DNA of 64,000 bases. Source: the human T2T-CHM13v2.0 reference genome, Homo sapiens. Where the stretch lies: the NCBI GenBank assembly GCA_009914755.4, contig CP068257.2, positions 15,552,001 through 15,616,000 of the forward strand. The letters run 5' to 3'. Under the pieces are notes generated by a model. It was not told where the DNA came from, did no database searches, and saw only the letters and a list, made by a program, of their open reading frames with translations. The position numbers and the translations under genes are program-made. Of this stretch, positions 12,975 through 25,030 are shown one piece after another (positions within the stretch are counted from its first letter, which is position 1; each line of letters opens with the position of its first letter).

Positions 12975-14780
12975 GATACGATAAAATTCTTTCAAGAAGA
13001 TGGTCTTTCTTACTGCAGAATAATAAACTTTGCTAAATCAATTTATTATTTCAGTGGTCTTTTCAAGGAGCTGGCCATCAATAATAGCCACTGAAACTTT
13101 TCTTTCTGTAAAACTCCAAAAGGGTAGCCCTTCTCCCCTTGACCTAGCTTTCTAGAAAAGATTCTGATATGGAATATTGCTGATACTCAGACTACTGCTA
13201 TTTCTGTGATCAGGAAACTGTCCTTTCTCTCTGACCCAGGAGTCTAGTACCTACTGATGAAACTGTAAGACTATTTAAGCTTGCAGGTAAGGTAAAATCT
13301 TAGACCCTTCACAGTTCTTGATAATCTATTATATTAGAAAACAGGAATTAAAAATTTCTAGGTAATTTCATATGAGTGATTCTACTCTTAGGTGGCTATT
13401 TTATATGAAAAGACAAAATAGAAAATGGATTTGACACAAATCCATTAAGCTTAACTTTTAGTAGCGTTAGATCTTTTAATTTTTTTTATCCTATGATTCC
13501 ATTTATCTTGAGCTTATCATTCATTTGGTCCTTGGCTTTTGGTCTTTGTTTAGGGGCTGCAGAGGCTTCACTGGTTCATTTCTTTCCTTGGTGACATTGT
13601 CCAAAGACCAGGTGGTAGTCAGGTTTTTAGGTAGATTGCTGGACTCAGTATTATTCTGCAGCCCATAAGAAGAAATACTGTTTTTATCTCCTAGGTCACT
13701 AAAGGCATCTAAGTGTCTTGGTTGATTCTTCTGAACTAAGCCACTTAGTTCATTGAGTCTCTCCTTTCTGCAGGTAAGATGTCAATATTTACCCTCCTGA
13801 TTGTGGCTAGTGACCACACAGTATTACTCATGCATGGTTTCTAGGCATGGCCTTTCAGACTGGCAGGTAACTTCAAGGGACCCATGACTATGGCTTTTGC
13901 TTCGAACAAACATTTTTCTTCATTCATTACATACATCCCACAGCCCTTGAACAGTGTGATTGGGGGTGGGTCACTCATGATTTCATTCTGTCTTTCTAGA
14001 AACCACTATAACAACAGATTTGGATTTAGAGTAATCACTTTTAATGTTATTTTTGGAAAACTTTGTCTTTGTAGCCTTCAAAAACAAGATTTGGTGCTTT
14101 ACATTAGACTGTTTTGGGATGCTCCTCACAGAGGGTCTTTCTTCAGGACTTCCGTTCTGCACTGTTATTATCAGTTCTGCCAGCTCTGGGCTATAATCTA
14201 TTGGTATCTCTGGCAGCTTTTCTTCAATAATTTCATAAACTAAAGAATTGGTATTTTTACATTGAAAGTATGCTTTGGGTGACCATTTCACAAACACAGC
14301 ATCCCAGAGTCCAAACATCAGACTTATAGCTCTAGTGTTTGTTTGAGAATAATTGAGGACTCATGTAGTAAGGTGTGCCAGTGAGGGTACTAACCATGTC
14401 ACAGTTGCTATAGTGATCCAGGGTGGGGCACTGCCCTCAGACACTTGATTTTAAGTAGTCCATAGAATATCAAAGAAAGAGTTGGTCACCAAATACAGAT
14501 TTTTAAAATAAATGTAAACCATTAGCATATATAGATAAAATATAAAAATGAATGCAAATAATTTGGTTTTTCTAGAAAGCATCTAGTATTATGTTATTCA
14601 AAATAATATTGTTCACAGTATTTATTGTCTTGATCGAAATGTTAGTTTTCTTTTGACTTAATTTTAGTTTCTGTTTAATTCCTAGGAAGGCTATTGGTTT
14701 AAAGAAAAAGTCTTACCACTCAAAAATATGAGTTGATAAAGACAGTAAAAACCATGTGTTATCATCTTTGTGCAGTTTAC
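12975..14780 (-). pseudogene. NEK4P: processed pseudogene (intronless retrocopy) of the NEK4 serine/threonine kinase mRNA; decayed, with a premature stop, a frameshift and an internal deletion
   Basis: Minus-strand translation gives [27 protein letters not shown].. then ..[80 protein letters not shown].. then ..GLVQKNQPRHLDAFSDLG.. then ..[22 protein letters not shown].. then ..GQLLEKTTEIIN*FSKVYYSAVRKTIFLKEFY. This is collinear with human NEK4: [162 protein letters not shown]...GEKYTTYSVKARQLKFFEE. The contiguity across many NEK4 exon boundaries shows it is intronless. NEK4 sequence was recalled from memory (UniProt P51957), not searched. Confidence 0.8.
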
Positions 14781-14814
14781 AAGACACTGTGCCCATAATA
14801 ATACATTCTCAATA

Positions 14815-14990
14815 AAGAATAAAGGAAGGAAAAATATAAGAAAGGGAAGAAGAAATGGTGAAAAAGAATCATAAAAACAAAGATAAACTCATGAATCAAT
14901 AAAAGAGAGAAGAAAAGGGAAAAGTAAAAGAAGAAAAACATAAAGAGGGAGGGGAAGATCATGAAAGACAAGAAAAAAGACGAAAGATAA
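14815..14990. repeat. purine-rich (GA/AAG) low-complexity tract
   Basis: aaggaaggaaaaatataagaaagggaagaagaaatggtgaaaaag...aaaagggaaaagtaaaagaagaaaaacataaagagggaggggaag. The 87 aa minus-strand ORF here is a Phe/Leu-rich artefact. Confidence 0.8.
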
Positions 14991-15195
14991 TTTTTTTCTA
15001 TAACACAACAGTAACATGGCAAGGAATTCTCAACTCTCAAGATTTACTGAAATTTTGACAGAACTCAGAGAGACTGTAGAATGTGTGCTTGAAACGTGAA
15101 TGAAGAAAAGAGAAACAAATCAGATAATGGGCATAAGGTAGACTCTTATCCGAATGTACAAAAGTGAGTGGGTATATTTTTTTAAAAATAAAGAC

Positions 15196-15570
15196 AGTTT
15201 TATGGTATGAATGTGTCTCCCAAAATTCATATGATAGAACTTAATCACCAATGTGATTTTACCAAGATGTGGAGACTTTAGGGAGTTATTAAGTCATGAA
15301 AGCAGAGTCATCATGGATGAGATTAGAGCCATTAAAAAAGGGCTTGAAGGAGTAGGTTCTTTCTCTTCCCCTCTTCTGCGATGTGAGGACACTGCTTTCA
15401 AGGCAGTTCCAAGTTTCATCTTGGAAGCAGAGGCTGGAGCCCTCACCAGACACTAACCTGCAGCCACTTTGATCTTGGACTTCACTGTTTCCAGAACCAT
15501 GAGGAAATAAATTTCTTTATAAATTACACAGTCTCAGGTATTTGTTATAACAGTACAGATAAACTAAGAA
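15196..15570 (+). mobile_element. solo ERVL-MaLR LTR (MST/MLT1-type)
   Basis: ttttatggtatgaatgtgtctcccaaaattcatatg...gatcttggacttcactgtttccagaaccatgaggaaataaatttctttataaattacacagtctcaggtatttgttataacag is collinear with the MaLR LTR consensus. Confidence 0.65.
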
Positions 15571-15781
15571 AGACAATGATTTTGCATCTATATCTTGAAG
15601 AAAATAAGGAATAGTATGTAAACAACTGTTTAAAGTGTTTAAAACAGTCTATTCCATTGAAACACTGTTACACATTAGAATATATTTTTATATTAATTTT
15701 TTCTCTTTTCTAAGAACAGGATCCTCACTTTGCATGGCCTAAAACCTCAATTTGCAGGAAGCAGTGTGGAGAGTGGTAGAG

Positions 15782-16074
15782 CAGCAGTCCCCAACCTTTT
15801 TGGCACAGAGACCGGTTTCATGGAAGTCAATTTTTCCATGAATGGAGGGGGTAGACACTCACATCATCAGACATTAGTTAGATTCTCATAAGGAGCAGGC
15901 AACCTAGATCCCTCACATACACAGTTCACAATAGGGTTCATGCTCCTATAAGAATCTAATGCCACCACTGATCTGACAGGAGGCAGAGTTCAGGCAGCAG
16001 TGCTCACTGGCCTGCCACTCACCTCTTGCTGTGCAGCCCAGTTCCTAACAGGCCCAGGGTTTGGGAACCTCTGT
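15782..16074 (+). mobile_element. MER53-like palindromic non-autonomous DNA transposon (MITE)
   Basis: cagcagtccccaacctttttggcacagagaccggtttcatggaagtcaatttttccatgaatggaggg...cagttcacaatagggttcatgctcctataagaatctaatgcc...ggcccagggtttgggaacctctg matches the remembered MER53 consensus, including the inverted termini. The family name is from memory. Confidence 0.55.
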
Positions 16075-16632
16075 GGTAGTGTCTGAGAAAGTAGATTTAT
16101 GATGCTGTAGAAGAAATGCCAATATAAAAGCTGAGATGATACTTAACTCCTAACAAGTAACCAGAATTTTGCAGCCAAACCATTGCCTTATAAGTCCTTG
16201 GTTTCTACATGGCCAAAAACAGAATCCAAAACTTAGGTAGAGTTTAGCTGGAGGGACTCACACAGAGTGACCATATAGCTACAGAAGAGCTCTGCAGTGA
16301 GAGCTGTTGAGTGCAGAGTCACAGTCATTACTCAGAGCCCATCCTTTTATCTCTTCATTCATTTAGTGACTGTGCATGCTCTTTGCCACTTGCTTTTACC
16401 CAGGCAACATTGTATAGTCTTGAAAATTCACCAACTGTCATCTCATATGTAAGCTCTTTTCTGATTCATCACACTGATTTAGAAGACTCTTGTCTGTACT
16501 TCCACGGCACCATGTGAAAAATATCTATTATATTCCATATTATACCATGTTTTAACTCTTCTTTTAAAGCTGTGCATCTTCCTCAATGACTGTAAATTTT
16601 TTAAGAGAACACACCATTTATAATTTCATGGC

Positions 16633-16715
16633 ATATACATATATATATGTATATATATATGTATATATATCTATGTATATATATATATATGTATATATAT
16701 CTCCATGTATATCTC
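16633..16715. repeat. (TA)n/(TATG)n compound microsatellite
   Basis: atatacatatatatatgtatatatatatgtatatatatctatgtatatatatatatat... Confidence 0.9.
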
Positions 16716-19700
16716 ATTAAATGTTGAGTGAATAAAATCAGGCTATAATTCTGGCAAAGTATATTAATGTTTTTAAGACTTCAACAATATGGCTTTTTAA
16801 ACTTAAGCTGGTTTGACTGAGTTTTTTATATCCTTCAGAAGCTTAAAGTCTCACCATCTAGAGTTAAAAGGAAATGCTTTGTGATGGAATCTCCATTTTT
16901 TTCATGTAAATTCAACCAAATAATTTTAATTTTACACATAAGAGATATTTTGGTCTTCTAAAATGTATCTTTATTATTATGGAAGTGATTTTTTTCCTTT
17001 ACTGATTTTCTGGTTGGGAAATATGGGCATTTTCTTTTGTTTTGAACTTACTTCCTTTTCTTTACGTGGTGGATTCAGCCTAAACATAAAATAAAAGTTA
17101 AGAGAGATAGAATCAATCATCAGGGAATAAAACAGAGAAAGAAATCAACAAACATGTCCTTCCTTTTTTTTCTATGAATGATATAGTGAACAGAAATCAG
17201 GACAATAACAAGCAAAATGACTTAATGAATCCAAGTAGTTCTCTTATGTTGGCTTAGAATTATAGCATGTTGAATCCAATGAGTGATTAATATTCAATAC
17301 AGTTGTGAACGCTCCATGTATGAAAAATTGTGTATGGTATAATTCAGAAATAAAGGCCAAAGCTCCACTAAGTTAAAATTGGCTAGAGTTGCACTAGATT
17401 TAAACTATTAAAAAATTCACAAAACTTAACCCAGTTTTATATATGACACCCAAACTTTGCACTGGTCAAATTTTGTCTTAAAAATGTGAGGATTGGAGCT
17501 GTTTCTTACAACTTAAGCTATATGTAGACAAATAGCTTCATCAGTCCACATAATATTCCCATTGTTTTAATGTTGTGGGCTACATCTGGAGCTATCAGAA
17601 TAAATCTGAATACTGCTTCAAGCTGGGGGTGTAAGCTAACACCACAAAGAATCTGGCTCACTGTAGGAAGGCCAGGACTCGCAAAAGGCCAGGTGACAGT
17701 GAAGCAGGCTTGAAAGCATAAGAGTGTCATGTTCCTTGTTCATTTCATACCCTACTAATGTTTCCATTCATGTGTGAGCCCCAGCAGCAGAAAATCTAGT
17801 AGAACATAGAGATAGAGAGTGCCAACATTTCATCAGGTGAGCAGCAGTCATATTCAGATACCTTTCCAGTATAAGCGGGATCGGCCAGCATTCTGTAAGG
17901 AGAGGAGGAAAGAATAGGCCCTGATGCAGAGATCAGAAAGATCTAAGAAGATTCCCAGCCAAGAAATCAACAGCCACTTAGGGCCTTTGCTGAAAAGGAG
18001 GACAAGGGAATTGCTGAATTGTCCCCAATAGGATGTTTATGTTAGAGATTCTGAAAAAGAGCCAAGGCTGACTTATGGCAAGAAAGTCTTCCTACTGGAC
18101 TCTAGTGAATAATGTTGTGTATGTGAGAACTCTGCAGCAACTGCATCACAGAACGGTATCTCCCTCTCCCAATTCTGCTTCCTTCACCAGCCTACAGAGC
18201 TGTTTCTGAAAACACTCCTGTAGACTATCAAGTCAGTGTGTGAGAAGTTCTGTTATAGCACATTTATGTATTTTCCCTTTTCTTCCTTTCTTCTTTCTAA
18301 TTAGACAAACCTACAAAGGATTCGAAGTAGCTATGGAACACCATATAGGAAATTAAATACCAGCAGTTAGAAAAATCTTTCTTCCTTACTTACAACAAAA
18401 CAATGTTAATGTTAGCTACAGTTTTATTCTAAAGAAAAAAAAAAGAATGCAAATTTTATTTATTTTTGATCATTCAAAACATTTAAATCTATAACTGGTA
18501 TGGTCTCTGGAATCTAGACTTAGAATTTAAATTAGCTTAAAACATTATTTCTGCTAACTCTGCAGTATCAACATAATTACTAAGGAAAATTTAAATTTTC
18601 TATTACACTGTAATTTCTCCTCCATTCTACAGTGAGATAAACTGCAGCCTCTTAAGCTTTCAAATACACTAAACTTTCTAAAGTGAATTTTAAAAAGGAA
18701 AAACTGGATTATTTTAGCAAATCAATAATTATTTACAAGTAGATTCATAGATCAGATTAGACTAGATTCGACTGATAGATATAACACATTCATAAGAAAC
18801 CAAAATTGTTGGATTCAAATAGTAAAAGTAACTAAGTAGATAAATTCAGACTTCCAGATGAAATATGAATTCTTTATGAAATAATAAGATATCGCTATTT
18901 GTGGCAATAAAATTTGGATGCTAATAGCGCAAAGGAAGTTTTATAAATGAAATAAGCATGGTCAAAATTAGTCTAACACCTCTGACCACAACTCTTGTTT
19001 TTGTTGAAACACAATATAATTAAGCCAATACTGACCTGGAAATTTTATAGCTTGCCATTCATCTTCTCCAAAATAAATTGATTAATGCCTGAACATATGG
19101 TGATACGACAGAAGAAAGAAATCTATTATCACTGTAGTTACAATTCAGGTTTATTATTAAAACTGTCTGCATTGGAAAAATATGTATTTTTGGGTAATTG
19201 TTTCATGGATTATATCAATGTAGGTAAGGTATTAGGTTTTTAAAGATTTCGCTTAAACCTTATGCGATTCATTATTGGCAATTTAAATTACCTCGATAAT
19301 CAGTTTTCAATTACTAAATTAAGATCATTATAACATAGTCCAAAAAATGACAATTTAGTTTTAATAGGAAAGAAATAAACTGTCAACTAGGCATGTCTGG
19401 AGATATGATCAATTACGTTCAGTGATTTGACCAATATGGCTGCATGGGAAGAACATTTCTGACCCTTTTTGGTCAGGCCAAGTATTTTTTTGTCAATAGT
19501 TGTCAGTAGTTGATCTAAACACTTAAGAAAAGTGACATTTTACTCTGAAGATAATCAGCAAAATACAGAACAAATTATGGAGATAAATGTAAGTATATGT
19601 GTGCAGGAATACATCCTGAATATACCAAAACAGGGCACATATTTGCCTTTTTATAACTTTTTTTAAAAAAAGGAAAGTTGGGGATTAAGATGGCAGATAG

Positions 19701-22185
19701 GAGGCAGGACTAGCTTGCAGCTTCCGCTTGGACAGACAGAGCAGCATGTGGAGATTCACATCATGAACTTCTCCAAAAACTACGGCAGGAGCATAACCAG
19801 GAAAGCCAAGAGAATCCACAGACCCTTTGAAGGAACTGAATCACCAATGCAGGCTCCCTGAGATGCTGAAAAACTGTGAGTCCACTTGCTTTCTCAATGG
19901 GGAGGCTCGTGGTCTGGGGCAAGTTCTTAGTCCTGGTCTCCGGCTGCCTGAAAATCGATTCGGTGCTGTTTGGGGAACACAGTGAAAGTGAGACCAGTCT
20001 TTAGGACTGCAGGCTGTGTGAGAGCAGGGTGAGGCCTGTGACTGCCGGCTTTTCCCCACTTTCCTGGCAACCTGTATAACTCAGCAGAGGCAGCCATAAT
20101 CCCTCCAGGAATATAACTCCACTGGACTGGGAATCACACTCCCATCCCCCACAGCAGCCACAGCAAGCCTCACCCAAGGAGAGGCTGAGTTCAGACACCC
20201 CTAACCCTGCCCCCACCTGGTGGTCTTTCTCTACCTACCCTGGTAGCCAAAGACAAAGGTCATAATCTTTCGGAAGCTCTATAGCCCTGTCCACTGCCTG
20301 AGAGACCTGAATACTTAACCAGGGGTCCCTAGAGCAACTTTGCGTCCTCCCTATAGGGAGGCAGTTTTGAAAGTGCCACCTCCTGGCTGGAGGCCAACCA
20401 ACACAACACCAGTGCACTAAACAAAAACACAACCAAGGGCCCTCACAGAATTCACTTCACTCCCTTGCTACCTCCACTGGGGAAGGTGTGGATATCATGG
20501 CTGCAAGACCTGAAGATGGATCACATCACAGGACTCTTCACAGACACTCCCCAGTACCAGCCCGGAGCCTGGGAGCTCTGCTGGGTGGCTAGACACAGAA
20601 TATCAAAAACAGTCACTAAAGTTAGGCTCTCAGGAAGCCCCATGTCTAGGGGAAGGGGGATAACACTACATCAAGAGAGCACCCTGTGATAGAAAAGAAC
20701 CTGAGCAGCAGCCCTTGAATTCCAGATATTCCCTCTGACATAGTCTACCCAAGTGACAAGGAACCAGAAAAATAATTTTAGTAATATGACAAAACAAGAT
20801 TTGTTAACACCTGCAAAAGATCATATCAGCTCACCAGCAATGAACCCAAACCAAGATGAAATCTCTGAATTGCCAGAAAAAGAATTCAGAAGGTCAATTA
20901 TTAAGCTAATCAAGGAGGCACCAGAAAAAGGTGAAATCCAACTTAAAGAAATCAAAAACATGATGCAGGATTAGAAAGCAAATTTCTTCAGTGAAATAGA
21001 TAGCATAAATAAAAAACAATTACAACTTCTGGAAATCAAGGACACAGAGAAATACAAAATGCACTGGAAAGTCTCAGCAATAGAATCAAACAAGCAGAAG
21101 AAAGATCTTCAGAGCTCAAAGAAAAGTCTTTCAAATTAACCTAATCCAACAGAGACAAAGAAAAAAGAGTTTTTAAAAAAAATGAAGAAGAACTCCAAGA
21201 AGTTCGGAACTATGTGAAACATCCAACCCTAAGAATAATTGGTGTTCCTAGGGAAGAAGAGAATCTAAAAGTTTGCAAAACATATTTGAGGGAATAATCT
21301 AGGAAATATTCCCTGCCCTTGCTAGTGATCTAGACATTCAATAAAAGTAGCTCAAAGAACACCTTGGAAATTTATCACAAAAAGATTGACACCTAGGCAC
21401 ATAGTCATCAGGTTATCTAAAGTCAAAATAAAGGAAACAATCTTAAAAGCAGTGAGGCAAAAGGATCCAGTAACCTATAAAGGAAAACCTACCAGACAAA
21501 CAGCAGATTTCTCAGCAGAAACCCTATAAACTAGAAAGGATTGGGGTCCTATTTTTAGGCACCTTAAACAAAATAATTATCAGCCAAGAAATTTGTATCC
21601 AGAGAAACTAAGCTGCATAAATGAAGGAAAAATGGTCTTTTCCAGACAAACAAGTGCTTAGAGAATTCACCACTACCAAGCTAGCACTACAAAAACTGCT
21701 AAAAGGAGCTCAAAATCTTGAAACAAATCCTCAAAATACACCAAAATAGAACTTCCTTAAAGCATAAATCTCAGAGGACCTATATAAAAACAATACAATG
21801 AAAAATGGACTTAAACTACACCCTTCAACAAGTGGATTTAACAGATATTTACAGAACATTCTACTCAACAGCTGCAGAATATACATTCTACTCATCAGCA
21901 CATGAAACACTTTCCAAGATAGACCATGTGATAGGCCACAAAACAAGTCTCAGTAAATTTAAGAAAATTGAAATTATATCAAGTATTCTCTCAGACCACA
22001 GTGGAATATAATTGGAAACCAACTCCAAAGGGAACCTTCAAAACCATACAAATACATGGAAATTAAATAACCTGCTCCTGAGTGATACTTGGGTCAACAA
22101 TGAAATCAAGACATAAATTTAAAAATTCTTTGAACTGAATAATAATAGTGACACAACCTATCAAAACCTCTGGGATACAGCAAAA

Positions 22186-22803
22186 ATGGTGCTAAGAGAA
22201 AAGTTCATAGCATTAAATGCCTACATCGAAACATCTAAAAGAGCACACATAGACTATCAAAGGTCAAACCTCATGGAACTAGAGAAACAAGAACAATCCA
22301 AACCTAAACCCAGCAGAAGAAAAGAAATAACAAAGACCAGTGCAGAGCTAAATGAAATTGAAACCAAAAAAATACAAAAGATATATGAAACAAAAAGCTG
22401 GTTCTTTGAAAAGAAAAGCACTATTGATAGACCATTAGCAAGATTAACCAAGAAAAGAAGAGAGAAGATCCAAATAAGCTCAATTAGAAACAAAAAAGGA
22501 GATATTACAAATGGTAACAAAGTAATACAAAAGATTATTCAAGGCTACTATGAACACCTTTATGTGCACAAACTAGAAAACCTAGAGGAGATGGATAAAT
22601 TCCTGGAAACATACAACCCTCCTAAATTAAACCAGAAAGATACAGAATCTCTGAACAGACCAGTAAAAAGCAGTGAGATTGAAATGGTAACCAAAAAAAT
22701 GCCAACAACAAAAAAAATAGTACCAGATGGATTCACAGCTGAATTCTATCAACATTCAAAGAAGAATTGGTACCAATCCTATGGAAACCATTTCAAAAGA
22801 TAA
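22186..22803 (+). pseudogene. L1 ORF2 remnant ORF (205 aa; region between the endonuclease and RT domains) inside the full-length L1
   Basis: The ORF-track peptide ...[63 protein letters not shown]... is canonical L1 ORF2. Confidence 0.85.
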
Positions 22804-24958
22804 AGAAAGAGGGAATCCTCCCTAAATCATTCTATGAAGCCAGTATCACCTTAATACCAAAACCAGAAAAGAACATAACAAAAAAAGAAGACTACAGACC
22901 AATATCCCTGATGAATATAGAGGTAAAAATCCTCAACAAAATACTAGTGAAACAAATCCAACAGCATATCAAAAAGATAATTCACCATGATCAAGTGGGT
23001 TTCAACAGGGATGCAAGGATAGTTTAACATCTGCAAGGCAATAAATGTGATACACTACATAAACAGAATTAAAAACAAAAATTACATAATCATCTCAATA
23101 GATGCAGGAAAGCATTTGACAAAATCCAACACCACTTTTGATTAAAGCCCTCAGCAAAATTGGCATACATGGGACACACCTTAAGGTAATAAAAGCTAGT
23201 AATATCTATGACAAACTCACAGCCAATGTTATATTGAATGGGGAAAAGTTGAAAGCATTTTCTGTGAGAACTGGAACAAGACAAGGGTGCCCACTTTCAC
23301 CACTTCTATTAACATACTATTGGAAGTCCTAGCCAGAACAATCAGACAAAGAGAAAGAAATAAAGGGCATCCAAATCAGTAAAGATGAAGTCAAACTGTT
23401 GCTGTTTGCAGATGATATGATCATATACCTAGAAAACCCTAAAGACTCATGCAAAAAGCTCCTAGTACTGAATAATGAATTCAGCAAAGTTTCAGGATAC
23501 AAAATCAAGGTACACAAATCAGTAGGTCTGCTACACCAACAGCGACAAGATGAGAATCAAATCAAGAACTCAACCCCTTTCACAACAGCTGCAAAAAATA
23601 TATATATATTTAGGAATATACCTAACCAAGGAGGTGAAAGACCACTACAAGGAAAACTACAAAATACTGCTGAAAGAAATCATAGATGACATAAACAAAT
23701 GGAAACATATCCCATGCTCATGGATGGGTAGAATCAATATTGTGAAAATGACCATACTGCCAAAATCAATCTAGAAATTCAGCGCAATTCCCATCAAAAT
23801 ACCACCATCATTCTTCACAGAACTAGGAAAAACAATTCTAGAAGTCATATGGAACCAAAAAAGAGCCCATATATCCAAAGCAAGACTAAGCAAAAAGAAC
23901 AAATCTGTAGGCATCACATTACCTGACTTCAGGCAATACTATAAGACCATAGTCACCAAAATAGCATGGTACTGGTATAAAAATAGGCACACAGACCAAC
24001 GGAAAAGAATAGAAAACCCAGAAATAAACCCAAATACTTAGCGCCAACTGATCTTCAACAAAGCAAACAAAAACTTAAAGTGGGGAAAGGACAACCTATT
24101 CAACAAATGGTGTTGGGATAATCGGCAAGCCACATGTAGAAGATTGAAACTGGATCCTCATCTCTCACCTTATACAAAAATCAATTCAAAATGGATCAAA
24201 CACTTAAATCTAAGACCTGAAACCATAAAGATTCTAGAAGATAACATTGGAAGAACCCCTCTATACATTGTCTTAGGCAAAGACTTCATGACTTAGAATC
24301 CAAAAGCAGATGCAACAAAAATAAAGATAAATAAATAGGACTTAAACTAAAAAGCTTCTGCACAGCAAAAGAAATAATCAGCAGAGTTAACAGAAAACCC
24401 ACAGAGTGAGAGAAAACCTTCGCAATCTATACATCCAACAAAGGACTAATATCCGGAATCTACAAAGAACTGAAACAAATCAGCAAGATAAAAAGAAGCA
24501 ATCCCATCAAAAAGTGGGCTAAGGACATGAATAGACAATTGTCAAAACAAGATATACAAATGGCCAACAAACACATGGAAAAATGCTCAACATCACTAAT
24601 GATCAGGGAGATGCAAATCAAAACTGCAGTGTAATACCACCTCACTCCTACAAGAATGGCCATAATCAAAATAGATGCTGGCACAGATATAGCTAAAACG
24701 GAACACTTTTACATTGTTGGTGGGAATGTAAACTAGTACAACCACTATGGGAAACAGTGTGGAAATTCTTTAAAGAACTAAAAGTAGATCTACTGTTTGA
24801 TCCAGCAATTCCACTACTAGGTATCTAGCCAGAGGAAAAGAAGTCATTATACAAAAAAAGATACTTGCACACACATATTTATAGCAGCACATTTTGAAAT
24901 GGCAAAAAATATGAAAATAGCCCAAAAGCCCATCAATCAATGAGTAGATAAAAAAAAT

Positions 24959-25030
24959 TGTGTGTGTGTGTGTATATATATACATATATATATAAAGAAA
25001 TTGTGTGTGTATGTATATATATATATATAC
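24959..25030. repeat. (TG)n(TA)n compound microsatellite inside the L1 3' region, internally duplicated
   Basis: aaattgtgtgtgtgtgtgtatatatatacatatatatataaagaaattgtgtgtgtatgtatatatatatatatac. Confidence 0.9.

Noticed and set aside
13884-14243. 119 aa + strand ORF in unique DNA
   Set aside because: It lies antisense to the NEK4 retrocopy, whose sense frame is on the minus strand. It has no recognisable protein similarity, so I treat it as a chance ORF in stop-poor antisense sequence.
14777-15040. 87 aa minus-strand ORF, extremely Phe/Leu-rich
   Set aside because: It is the complement of the purine-rich AAG/GAA low-complexity tract and has no protein-like composition.
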